The translations under genes and the position numbers were made by a program. DNA of 38,580 bases from Octopus sinensis (lineage: Eukaryota). Below, piece by piece: positions 24,061 to 35,240 of the stretch (positions are counted from its first letter, which is position 1; each line of letters starts with the position of its first letter). The stretch is taken from positions 1-38,580 of the forward strand of contig NW_021833130.1 of assembly GCF_006345805.1 (NCBI RefSeq), in the 5' to 3' direction. The notes beneath the pieces were generated by a model. The model was given only the letters and a program-made list of their open reading frames with translations. It searched no databases and was not told the DNA's origin.

Positions 24061-24428
24061 TATTTCTTTGTTGCCCACAAAGAGCTAAACATACAGGGGA
24101 CAAACAAGGACAGTAACTGGTACTTAATTTATCGATGAAAGGCAAAGTCGACCTCAGCGGAATTTCAACTCAGAACGTAACGGCAGACGAAATACCTATT
24201 TCTTTACTACCCACAAGGGGCTAAACATAGAAGGGACAAACAAGGACAGACAAACGGATTATGTCGATTACTTCGACCCCAGTGCGTAACTGGTACTTAT
24301 TTAATCGACCCCGAAAGGATGAAAGGCAAAGTCGACCTCGGCGGAATTTGAACTCAGAACGTAGAGGTAGACGAAATACAGCTAAGCATTTCGCCCGGCG
24401 TGCTAACGTTTCTGCCAACTCGCCGCCT
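24061..24428 (-). mobile_element. SINE family G dimer with 17-bp TSD
   Basis: TSD TTATGAAACACACTTCT at 24044-24060 and 24429-24445; unit junction at 24195/24196. Confidence 0.93.
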
Positions 24429-24625
24429 TTATGAAACACACTTCTACGCTACACACGTAGCCCAGCAGTTGTGGTCTGTGCGTTTCAGACATCTCTCTCT
24501 CTTTCTCTTTCTCTTTCTCTCTCTCCTTCTATCTATCTAGCTATCTATCTCTCTATCTCTCCTTCTCTCTCTCTCACTCTTAAACACAGTCTATCTTACT
24601 CTCAACACGATGTAAACCAGAAGAA

Positions 24626-24854
24626 AGGCGGCGAGCTGGCAGAAACGTTAGCGCGCCGGGCGAAATGCTTAGCGGCATTTCGTCTGCCGTTACGTTGTGA
24701 GTTCAAATTCCGCCAAGGTCGACTTTGCTTTTCATCATTTCGGGGTCGATAAATTAAGTACCAGTTACGCACTGGGGTCAATGTAATCGACTTAATCCGT
24801 TTGTCTGTACTTGTTTGTCCCCTCTGTGGCCCCTTGTGGGTAGTAAAAAAATAT
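24626..24854 (+). mobile_element. SINE family G monomer with 16-bp TSD
   Basis: Head AGGCGGCGAGCTGGCAGAAACGTTAG..GAGTTCAAATTCC; TSD ATGTAAACCAGAAGAA at 24610-24625 and 24855-24870. Confidence 0.95.
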
Positions 24855-25188
24855 ATGTAAACCAGAAGAACTGAAATTAATCAAGATATTACAAAGCCTC
24901 ACTGTGAGTGAAATAATGTAAATACATAGATTCTAAGCAATAGAAGGATAGGAAAATAAAGTGAGAAATGGCGTCTCTTGACGGACCGTTTCACATTTTG
25001 TGGACCACTCCTTAGAGAAGACATACCCGATTTCATCCTCCAATCAATAGCACAATTCTTTAATTGCAAAACAGTTTTGGAGACCACTTGATTCTATTCT
25101 TCTCATTTTAAGTTGGTCCTATTTGCCACCGGTCGATTATTCTGCCTTCCCTTGAAGTGGAATTAATTCCAATAAATTTATCTTCATA

Positions 25189-25343
25189 AAGTAATATTAA
25201 TCGCTTCGTCAGTATGGCTGTTCGATATTACTACTGTTTTAACCCCTTGCAGATCTTCCGCTAGCTGAACCAGAAGATCTGCCTGGGGTTAAAAACGGTA
25301 GTAACATCAAACAGCTATATTGATGTGGCGATTAACATTACTT
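25189..25343. repeat. Imperfect 155-bp hairpin (old MITE-like)
   Basis: ~70-bp arms, ~80% complementary, loop CGCTAGCTGAACCA. Confidence 0.8.
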
Positions 25344-25582
25344 GTCAGTATAGTTACTACCTTCACCTGTTACTGAGATTTTCTATCTGGCTACTTGGCT
25401 TATCTTCGATAGATTTCCATATATTCTTAACGTTTTTGTGGGGGGTTTTCAAATACTTGCCACTGGACACTCGATTTTTTCACCTAGCTCCTACTCCTTA
25501 ATTAAAATCATATATATACATATATATGTGTGTGTGTGTGTGTGTATGTGTTTGCGTGTGTTTGTGTGTGTGTGTGTGTGAA

Positions 25583-25916
25583 GGCGCATAGCTCAGTAGT
25601 TAGAGCGTAGAGCTTACGATCTTGAGGTTGTGAGTTCGATTCCCGGACCGGGCTGCGTATTGTGTTTTTGAGCAAGACGCTTTATTTTACGTTGCTCCAG
25701 TTCACTCAGCTGTAGAAATGAGTTGCGACATCACTGGTGCCAAGCTGTATTGGCCTTTGCCTTTCCCTTGGATAACATCAGTGGCATGGAGAGGGGAGGC
25801 TGGTATGCTTGGCCAACTGCTAGTCTTCCATAAACAACCTTACCCTGACTTGTGCCTCGGAGAGTAACTTTCTAGGTGCAATCCCATGGTTATTCATGAC
25901 CGAAGTGGGGTCTCCT
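25583..25916 (+). mobile_element. SINE family D, near full length (CORE-like)
   Basis: GGCGCATAGCTCAGTAGTTAGAG (A box), GAGTTCGATTCC (B box), then TTGAGCAAGAC..CAGCTGTAGAAATGAG. Confidence 0.85.
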
Positions 25917-26689
25917 CCTATATATATATACCGTATTTGATGGCCTATAAGACGCACCTTTATGTTTTTACCCAAAAAACAGCTTTAAAAATACCCCTGC
26001 GTTCAATGCACTCAATGTGGACTCAAAACTCGCTCAAAACAGTATGTATGTTTACAAAACGTGTGCTGCCATTTGTTGGTGAACAATCGCCTACGGTATG
26101 TTTATATCGAATGTGGATGCAATAAATTGATTATAATTCCTGGTAATAGTATAAAGTTATACGGGTAAGTGGAGGAATTAAAACATTATTTTAGTGGTAA
26201 TTTAATTTACAAAAGTATAGCTTAGGCTAGTGTACGTCCTATGCAACTCGTGCGTCTCACAGGCTATCAAATACGGTATATATAATTTTAATTAAGAAAT
26301 AGGAGCTAGGTGAAAGAACCGAGTGGCAAGTATTTGAAAAATGATTGTATCTATATATATATGTACATACATATATGTAGTTAACAGATGAGAACCAGAG
26401 ATTCTCAGCATAGATAACACTTTGTAGCGCTCAAATGATTCAAACTTAGATTCCAGTGTCTTTACGAGGGACCAATTTCGCGGGGTAAAGAATGGCTATA
26501 AGAGGGATCAAGTTGAGCAGATATGGAGGAAATTATGCGGATAAACAAATTTGATATCACAACTTAAGTTTGATACTGTTATATTTAATTCATTTATTTG
26601 CATAATTGCCTACATATATACATACATACATACACACATACATACATACATACATACATACATACATAAGGGGGGAAAACTATAAACCA

Positions 26690-28089
26690 GACTAGTAACA
26701 TCTCCATCAATGATTTGGTGTATCTGACGAGGAATGTGGAAGAAAATATATCTTACAATGGCGCCTGTAACAAAACACGTATCCTTAAAGAATATGGACC
26801 TCAGAACTTTCTGCATTCAATGAAACATAGCCCACAATGTGCTTGCAGTGCCAGTACTTATACCAACATTTGGGCTGCTTGATTGGACACTTGATGAGAT
26901 CTGAGCCATTAATGTGAAAACCCGAAAAATACTAACAAGCACACATAATTTCCACATAAACAGTGATGTAAACTGCCTCTACCTACAATGAAAACGAGGC
27001 GGCAGAGGCTTATCATGAGTCCAGACTGCCTTTGAATGTCGCATCACATCTCTTCGGCAACATCGTTTAACCACCAAGTGTCGAAGTGCATTTCTTGACC
27101 AAGTTTGCATACATGAAGCTGATAACATCATAAGACTTGGAAGGCAGCTCTTTGAGCAACACTCTTTGTCTGAAAACCTAGAATACATGCCCAAAGAAGT
27201 CACACGACTCTACTGCAACATATCATCAAATAAAAGGATGAGCCTATATGAGCAGAAGACTATGCATGGATATACTAGTAGAAGGCTCCGTGAAGATAGT
27301 ATCATCGATCATCAAGGCAGTTTATCATGGACGAATAGCCGGATTACTACCTCCCACTTTGAAGAGTAGGTGTTTGCAATCTAGGAACAGGAATTATCAA
27401 CCAAATACCTGATGCAAAACAAAAGGGATAGAGATGCGGGAAAAACTGTAAAATGTGACAACTGATGCAAATTTTGTAGAGTTCACATTGAAGATATCAC
27501 CCACATCATAAACAGTTGTCCGAAAATGTCATCACGGTAATATCTGCTGATGAGACATTACGTTGTAGCTGAGACATGGCGTTGTAGCTGAGACATGGCG
27601 TTGTAGCTGAGACACTCTATAATGAAATCCGTTGGGAGGATAATCCCAAGGACAAAGAAATAAAAACCCACAATATGGTAGAAGCCATAGCCACTCATAA
27701 AAAAAGGTAATAGTAGTGGTATGTACCAGTGAAGACCTCAATAAAATGTAAGCACAACAGATCTGATATACTGATTTGGGATACAAAAGAGAAACTTTGT
27801 ACAGTTGTGGAAATTAGCTAACCAGCGGATGTTAACATAAAGATGAAGATCAATGAAAAAGAGAATACTTATCTTGAACTATTGAGAAATCTGCAATTAC
27901 TCTATCCAGATTACAAGTTCAGGCTTATGCCTGTAATTATTGGGGCACTGGGAAATGTAACACACTGCTCAAATACCAATTTTGAGAAATTAGGCTTCTC
28001 AAAGCCAGAAAGGAGAAAGCTAATTCGAAGACTACAGATCCAATCCATCTGTAAAAATCTGTAAAACTTTCCAGAAGTTTATCATTTAA
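26690..28089 (+). pseudogene. R4/Dong-like non-LTR retrotransposon, 5'-truncated (RT thumb, CCHC knuckle, restriction-like endonuclease)
   Basis: LAVPVLIPTFGLLDWT..RGGRGL..KCDN*CKFCRVHIEDITHIINSCP..RH..HNRSDILIWD..VVEIS*PADVN..KEN.Y..L..MPVIIGALG..KICKTFQKFII*; many stops. Confidence 0.9.
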
Positions 28090-28632
28090 ATATATATGAG
28101 CATGTCTAGATATGCAACTATATACTGCATTAATATTTCTTGCACTCTCAGTTGTGTTGTCGTCTTTATTGAACTAATAAAGCAAAATATGTCGAATTTG
28201 CTCCTTTGTCATTACCATTATAGCTTTGAAAAAATAACTGTTAAAATCGAAAATTACTTCCTACTTTCATAGCAAGCTGATGCAAGTAGTTTATCCCATC
28301 CCCTTCCGACTTTTAGTTCATGCAATTTGAAAAAAAAAAAAGGCATTATTTATGGGATGGCCCAATGTTTTATCCACCCTCCAACACTATATCCACCCTG
28401 GCCAACACCATAACTATTACTGCCATCGCTAACACTATTAACACAATCACTGCCAACACCGTCCCTCTCACCACCACCACTACCATCAACACAATTAGCA
28501 TCACGATTTTTCCCAACCTACATTATCCCTTTGATTCAGCTGGATTATCCAAATCATTTTGAGGCTTGATTTGTAACCTGGTGTAATTAAATGATAAGGT
28601 GAAAATGAATTACAGCAGCAAGTGCTGCGATA

Positions 28633-28633
<1 letters not shown>

Positions 28634-28676
<43 letters not shown>

Positions 28677-28686
28677 ACACAGTGTG

Positions 28687-28731
<45 letters not shown>

Positions 28732-28751
28732 TAATTCAATACGGAGCATAC

Positions 28752-28794
<43 letters not shown>

Positions 28795-28827
28795 GGTGTG
28801 TGTGTGTGTGTGTATGTGTGTGTGTGT

Positions 28828-28880
<53 letters not shown>

Positions 28881-29000
28881 TATGCATATGTGTGAGTGTG
28901 ATATAATGTAGGTAGGTACTTATGTATTTGTGTATATGTAGGCATATGTGTGTGTGTGTGCACACACACACACACAACACATGTATGTATATGTGTGTAT
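28634..29000 (+). repeat. Compound (CA)/(TA)/(TG) microsatellite
   Basis: Direct runs. Confidence 0.95.
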
Positions 29001-29504
29001 ATGTGTGTATACCTTTATGCATACATGTAATTATGTGTATGTGTGTAAATAGGAAACAGATTTCCTTTCAAATGCGTTATGTTAAAGACACGACAACGTC
29101 CCAATTTAATCTTTTAATCAGGGAGTTCTCATATATCCCCTATTAGATATTTACGCTTAATTTGGAAGAATAATGTTCCCAAATCTATTAGCCCATTAAC
29201 GTATCAAGACATTCCCGGTTTCATGATCAAAGTAACGTGATAGTAATAATATGATATTATTTGCGCGCTTTGCATTGCATCACAAACGATCATGGGAATG
29301 TTGGTATAACTGATAAAATCGTCAACGTCAGATTTTAAAACATTTCTGTTGGCCTGCATAATGAAATCCTCTTCAGTAGTCCACAAGGTAATTTATACGC
29401 ACAATGGAAAGCAGTGGATAATGTTTTGCCACTTGGGTCCACATTCACCGCATTGTACATGGAAAACTTTATGATCCCAAATATTAACATATTATGTACA
29501 CTTT

Positions 29505-29620
29505 TTTTTTTATCGATACTGAAAGGACGAAAGGGCAAAATTGTCCACGGCTGGATTTGAACTTAGAGCATAACGAAGAACTCTAGCCGAGACTCTATCG
29601 ATTCCACTAATTAGCCACCT
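29505..29620 (-). mobile_element. SINE family G-type fragment, diverged
   Basis: TTTATCGATACTGAAAGGACGAAAGGGCAAA..GGATTTGAACTTAGAG. Confidence 0.55.
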
Positions 29621-29681
29621 AAATCGATTGAATCAAACAACTCCAATAGATTCTTGGCATTGATAAATCCAAATAATCTCC

Positions 29682-30071
29682 TTTACTCTTTTACTTGTTT
29701 CAGTCATTTGACTGCGGCCATGCTGGAGCACCGCCTTTTAGTCGAGCAAATCGACCCCAGGACATATTCTTTGTAAGCCTAGTACTTATTCTATCGGTCT
29801 CTTTTGCCGAACCGCTAAGTTACGGGGATGTAAACATACCAGCATCGGTTGTTATGCGATGTTGGGGGGACAAACACAGACACACAAATACACACACACA
29901 CACATATATATATATATACATATACATATATACGACGGGCTTCTTTCAGTTTCCGTCTATCAAATCCATTCACAAGGTTTTGGTCGGCCCCAGGCTTTAG
30001 TAGAAGACACTATGCCCAAGGTGCCACGCAGTGGGACTGAACCCGGAACCATGTGGTTGGTAAGCAAGCTA
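29682..30071 (-). mobile_element. SINE family A, head slightly truncated
   Basis: Close match to other A copies. Confidence 0.92.
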
Positions 30072-30079
30072 TATTTTTT

Positions 30080-30290
30080 ATCTTCTACTTGTTTCAGTCA
30101 TTGAACTACAGTCATGCTAGAGCACCGCGTTGAAAGGTTTAGTCGGATAAACTGACCCCAGTACAATTTTTTTTAAAGTCTGGTACTTACTCTATCAGCG
30201 CTCTTTTTCCCGAACCGCTAAGTAACGGGGACGTAAGTAAACCAATACCAGATGTCAAGCGATGGGTGGAGAACAAACACACACACACAT
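30080..30290 (-). mobile_element. SINE family A, 3' half
   Basis: ACTTGTTTCAGTCATTGAACTACAGTCATGCTAGAGCACCGC..GAACCGCTAAG. Confidence 0.8.
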
Positions 30291-30306
30291 GCATATATCA
30301 AACAAA

Positions 30307-30977
30307 CAGAAATAATGGGTTATGTACATTTATTTACAGCTGTTTCCGATATGCGTTTGAGTGCGTTCATGGTTCAGTTTTAGCAATTAAACGATTGATG
30401 GACTGAAAATATAGAGGACCAGCAGCCCAAGTCTATCTTCGCCAAACCCAAAACAAAACAAAGAGAAAGAAGAAAAGGGAAAGGAAAGAATTTGGTTACT
30501 GTGGTATTTCTTATACAGAACTAGATAATCTACTTTTTGCCATCAAAGCTAAGCCATTATTGACTCTTACCACGGTTGAATTGTATTGACATCCAGTAAA
30601 GAGATTTGATACCCTACAACTCCTAATGGTCAGTGGCAGGTTTTTGGCATTTGCTACTATATTTTGGAAGACTGTCAAGAAAGTATATACAAATATATAC
30701 AAACCAAAAGTCAACTTGTAACTACTTATTTTAAGCCTGAAGTATCAAAATCTGTATATTTGCCACGACTTCATATAATTATAGGCGATTAACATTAATG
30801 GTTAAAGCAGTAGATGTGTTTTACCTCAGAAGAAGAAACATTTAGGATTTTGGTCCCTATATTTTCAGTCGATCAATCGATTGACTGATAAGATTGAGCT
30901 ATGAACGCACCCAAATGTGTATCTGAAACAGTTGTAAGCCTATAATGTAAATAAATGTATATAGCCCATTATTTCTG
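30307..30977. repeat. Divergent inverted repeat pair (30307-30421 / 30851-30977)
   Basis: Arms align at about 75% identity; both carry GAAACAG(C/T)TGTA and a TGTAAATAAATGTA tail. Confidence 0.85.
30571..30671 (-). CDS. Candidate 101-bp host exon, fibronectin type III-like
   Basis: Acceptor TATACTTTCTTGACAG, donor G|GTAAGA; one open frame only: (V)FQNIVANAKNLPLTIRSCRVSNLFTGCQYNSTV, like the FN3 T..V.nL.PG..Y..tV pattern. Confidence 0.4.
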
Positions 30978-31330
30978 CCCATCTGTAAAAACATATCACA
31001 TAAATTGCGTATTGAAATCATGGATTTACAAATTTAACTGGTGATGGACTTTGATTTGGATTACTTGGAGTGCAAGACTGGTCACATGACTTTTTAGTTA
31101 GCCTCGTGCATCTTCATCTACAGAGAATTTAAGAAGTATTTCACCTGGATTACTAACACCTTATAAATCCCGCTTTGTTTACACACACACACACACACAC
31201 ACAACGGGCTTTTACACTATTTCCGTTAGCCAAATTCATTCACAAGTCACCAGTGGGTCCGGAGTGATCCAAGATGCTGCGTATTTCTGCTAGCTGTGAT
31301 GAACTGTATCTAAACATGACACATATTTAG

Positions 31331-31550
31331 CCCTTTAATATTCAGATTAATCTGTCAAATGTAAAGCCTGTTTAATTACATTGTTTTAAATTAATTGTAC
31401 AGCATCTTGTAACTCTGAGATTTTGATGACGTCCCTGTTTATTTTTAGAATGACTTTGTAGGGTAGGTGTGAGAGGTCAGAGTTGGCTGGTTTGAGCATA
31501 AAACAGGGAGACAATTTTGGCCTGATATGGCCGGTTTAAACACTAAAGGG
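31331..31550. mobile_element. piggyBac-like MITE
   Basis: Ends CCCTTTA..TAAAGGG, flanked by TTAG on both sides. Confidence 0.7.
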
Positions 31551-31790
31551 TTAGAGTTGGTTTTACTTGAAGCATTCAAGTTAAATGTAGAAACCACGAC
31601 AGAAAATGGAACTCTAGATCCTCCGGCTTTTGTGCTGTTTTATTGCCTATCGGCTCCGTCAGCTGCGTTTCTCCGAGTTCACCGGCTTTTATGTATTGTA
31701 TCATCTGGTACAATACATACACACATACATACATATATACATACATACATACATACACATACATACATACATAAATATATATATATATAT

Positions 31791-31824
<34 letters not shown>

Positions 31825-31832
31825 AGTACATA

Positions 31833-31999
31833 CAGGTATGGCTGTGGGGTAAGGAGCTTGCTTCCCAGCCACATGTTTCCGGGTTCAGTCCCACTGCATG
31901 ACACCTTGTGCAGGTGTCTTCTACTACACCTCGAGCCGATAAAGCCTTGTGAGTGGATTTTGTACACGTAAACTGAAAGAAGCCCATGTATATATATAT

Positions 32000-32030
<31 letters not shown>

Positions 32031-32245
32031 GCATATGTTTGTGTGTCTGTGTTTGTCCTACCACCACCATCGCTTGACAACCGATGTTAGTGTGTTTGCA
32101 TCCCTGTAACTTAGCGATTCAGCAAAAGACACCGATAGGATGAGTACTAGGCTTACAAAGAATAGGTCCTGGGGTCGAATTGTTCGACTAAAGGCAGTGC
32201 TCCGGCATGGGCGCTTTCAAATGACTGAAACAAAGAAAAAAAAAC
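31833..32245 (+). mobile_element. SINE family A, full length
   Basis: Head CAGGTATGGCTGTGGGGTAAG..tail ATGACTGAAACAAAG. Confidence 0.9.
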
Positions 32246-32279
32246 AATAGAACAATAAACGAAAAGAATACATATACAC

Positions 32280-32321
<42 letters not shown>

Positions 32322-32419
32322 AGAGAGAGAGAGAGAATGAATACATTGATATGTAGATTTGCATAGATTTCTGTGAATAGGTGTATATAGATGTACCTAT
32401 TAACACAAACAGACACATA

Positions 32420-32488
<69 letters not shown>

Positions 32489-32985
32489 ATATATATATAC
32501 ATATACTTATACACACACACAATTAAGCTGCGCAAAGATAATTCTATAGCCCCTATTGAGAATGATTGATGAGGGACAACAAAACAACCGCAGGGGTTGA
32601 TACATAGTAAATAAATTTATAAATAAACAACCAAAATAAATGCTAAGTGGTATGTGGGTAATTGGGTGGGGTTTACCTTCATTTACCGTGGGGAACTTGT
32701 ACCTGTTCTGTACCTGTTCTCCTTAGAAGACCAGTTAGGCGTACAGAGATGTTTCAATCTCGATTGTATTTCTATACACCACCTAATGAATATTTTGGGT
32801 TTTATGTGTTATCTTCATTTTTAATTATCTGAGTTTTTTCCTTTTCCTTTAAGGAAAGAGCGGCTTTTAACAAGGGAGCAATGCTCTATCGGTGGAATTT
32901 AGGTAATAAAACTTCAAAAAACTCTTGCATATTTTATTGTTCCTATACCTGTTTCGTCTTTTGTTTTACTATAAATTTGAATACA

Positions 32986-33232
32986 GTTCTATATTTAAGA
33001 GATGAGGAGTTATGTACATTATTTACATAATTTACATTCGATGGATATTTGTCCCCATTTTGTTTGTTGTTAACACAAATTTTCGGCTGATATACCTTCT
33101 AGCCTTCTCCATGTTTGAAATTTCCCCAAGACACCTGAAGAAGGCTGGAGGGTGTATCAGCCCAAACGTTGTGTTAACAACAAACAAGATGGGGACAAAT
33201 ATCTGTCGAAAGTAAATAATGTAAATAACGTA
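32986..33232. mobile_element. Family C head-to-head pair (32986-33118 minus; 33119-33232 plus), HHR-bearing
   Basis: Two mutually inverted copies joined near GAAATTTC; homologous to 35676-36180. Confidence 0.85.
33131..33174 (+). ncRNA. Hammerhead motif, family C, probably inactive (G12C)
   Basis: ACAC-CTGAAGA-A-GGCTG-loop-CAGCC-CAAA-CG-TT-GTGT. Confidence 0.6.
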
Positions 33233-33559
33233 TATAAATTTGAACTATATATATATTATTCAAAGGAATTCCAACTTTGTCTGTTTTTATGTTTTATTTA
33301 TATTCTTTATAATATTAATGTAGAATTAGAATATATAGTATAAATAGTATATATGTAAAATAAATGAAGTATTGATGTCTTATTGAATAGATGAAATATT
33401 GAATATCAAATATTAAGGGACTAGTATACTTTCTTGCATTAAAGCAGTCTTCAAGGTCCCAGGTTGTGACAGGAATGTTTCAACTATATATATATATATA
33501 TACAATACATATCAGGCTCTCTTGTATTTATACTTAGCAGAAGCTTTAATTGGAATGTT

Positions 33560-33775
33560 TCTCCAATATTTCTTCTGATGATATGAATTCAATAACAAGA
33601 GTATTCTGTATGTCTATCCCGTCTTACATTTACGGATGGCATTGAATATTGTTTTATCAACAACATCATACCACATTGGAAGGTAGTACCTCATTGACAT
33701 TTGTGGCAGCTGCTTATCATAATTGTAATATCTTCTACAGAAAAATGTCAGTTTAGATTTTCGGTTACATTTAAG
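33560..33775 (-). pseudogene. Second R4-like LINE fragment (zinc-knuckle region)
   Basis: EDITIMISSC/PQMSMRYYLPMWYDVVDKTIFNAIRK aligns with EDITHIINSCPKMSSR*YLLMRH.VVAETLYNEIR at ~27.5 kb. Confidence 0.75.
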
Positions 33776-33778
33776 GGG

Positions 33779-34169
33779 TACTAGCAGTATCGCCCGGCGT
33801 TGCTCAGGTTTGTAAGGGAAATAACTATAAAGCATTTTTAGAGAGTTATAGCCAAAAAATAGCAAAAAAATGGAAAAAAATGATGGTAAATCTTTTTTGA
33901 GAGTAAAAAAAAGGTGGAGTTGCGTCCCCTAGACAGTTTGCGGTTTGTGTTTCTGATTCTCGACCCCATGTCGAATTTATCGATTTTTTTCAGAACTGGG
34001 GGACTTTTCAAAATTTTCGCTGCGTTAGTTTTGAATTATGACATTGGGGGCTATGTGTGGTGTCAAGTTTCATCAGAATCGGTTGAAAGCCGTGGTCAGG
34101 GTGAGGGTACAAGCAAACAGACAACACAGAAACACGCACAGACAAACTGCCGTTTATATAGAGAGAGAT
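33779..34169 (+). mobile_element. Helentron/HINE-like non-autonomous element (family H)
   Basis: Starts TACTAG with subterminal hairpin CCCG-GCGTTGCT-C(A/G)GG; ends (ACAG)-like repeats plus TTTATATA(T)AGA; second copy at 37731. Confidence 0.7.
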
Positions 34170-34366
34170 AAAGAAGGCCACTGTTTCTGGTGTTCTTTAA
34201 GTATTTCGGAGATATCTTCAGTTCTTGGATATGAAAAGAATAAACTTCAAAATGTGACACGATATAACAAACATGAGTCTAAAACAGGCAACGTTTTATG
34301 TTAATGTAAGCATCAACTCAGGTTTACGAGAGATAAACCTATGGATAAACTATTTCCTTTATATAC

Positions 34367-34838
34367 GCAGGCGTGGCTGAGTGGTAAGAAGTTTGCTTCC
34401 CAACCACATGGTTTCGGGTTCAAAGTGTTTTCTACTGTAGCCGTGGGTAGACCAGAGCCGGGTGAATGGATTTGGTAGACGGAAGCTAAAAGAAGTCCGT
34501 CGTATATATGTCTGAGTGTATGTGTGTGTGTGTGTGCGTGTGTGTGTATGTATGTGTGTGTGTGGTGTGTGTGTGTGTGTGTGTGTGTCTGTCTGTCTGT
34601 CTCTCTGTCTGGTCTGTGTCTTTGAATATATGTTTGTCCACCACTACCGCTTGACAGCCGGTGTCGGTTTGTTTACGTCACCGTAACTTAACGGTTCGGC
34701 AAAGAGCCCGATAGAATAAGTACCAGGCTTTCAAAAACAAAATAAAGAAGTACTGAGGTCGATTCATTCGACTAAAAGAGTCTTCAAGGTGGTGCCCCAG
34801 CATGGCCGCAGTCTAATGACTAAAACAAGTAAAATAGG
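34367..34838 (+). mobile_element. SINE family A variant with head deletion
   Basis: GCAGGCGTGGCTGAGTGGTAAG..internal TG/TCTG repeat..GGTGCCCCAGCATGGCCGCAGTC. Confidence 0.88.
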
Positions 34839-34899
34839 TAAAAAAAAATACGATAAAAGTAAGTGATCCTGTTCCGAGTTTTGATGAAGTACTCTAGAC

Positions 34900-35030
34900 C
34901 AGTGTTCCGCAGCCAGTATGCTGCGGCACACTAATGTGTCACGAGACGATGCTAAGTGTGCCGCAGTGTAACCTGAATATAATTTTTTCCCCTATACTTT
35001 GAGTTATATTTTTAATTCAGGTGTGCCGCC
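34900..35030 (+). mobile_element. hAT (Charlie-like) terminal fragment
   Basis: CAGTGTTCCGCAGCC..GCGGCACAC end preceded by CTCTAGAC (NTCTAGAN target preference); no right end seen. Confidence 0.6.
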
Positions 35031-35154
35031 GAATTGACTCTGGAAGGATGACCCACAAAGTTGATCTCAGAGTGATTTGAACTCAGAATGCACATAACCA
35101 AAATAAATAATGGTTTTGTATTGTTATTAAACATATTTATAATAACATATATAG

Positions 35155-35240
35155 GTGTAGGCGCGTGGGCTAGTGTGCTGCACTAACGATCTCTAGATCG
35201 TGGGTTCGATATTGAGCGATGCGTTTTGTTCTTGAGCCGA
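35155..35240 (+). mobile_element. SINE family D head fragment
   Basis: GGCGCGTGGGCTAGTG..GATCGTGGGTTCGAT..TTCTTGAGC. Confidence 0.6.

Noticed and set aside
25583-25655. tRNA-gene-like sequences at SINE heads (also 887, 13588, 24626)
   Set aside because: A and B boxes present but no complete cloverleaf, and each continues into a repeat body.
27547-27570. CTGATGAG inside the R4-like ORF
   Set aside because: Coding sequence (LLMRH); no stem II or GAAA.
29200-29540. Short minus-strand ORFs (TTEEDFIMQANRNVLK..)
   Set aside because: No splice support, homology or consistent frame.
31050-31125. Minus-strand acceptor CTTAAATTCTCTGTAG with downstream GTAATC
   Set aside because: All three frames hit stops before the donor.
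32565-32600. TTGATGAGGGACAACAAAACAACCGCAGG as a decayed hammerhead
   Set aside because: Too many core and stem changes to support from one copy.
33640-33740. Apparent minus-strand exon with a good acceptor (TTTTTCTGTAG)
   Set aside because: Better explained as a frameshifted R4-like LINE fragment homologous to ~27.5 kb.
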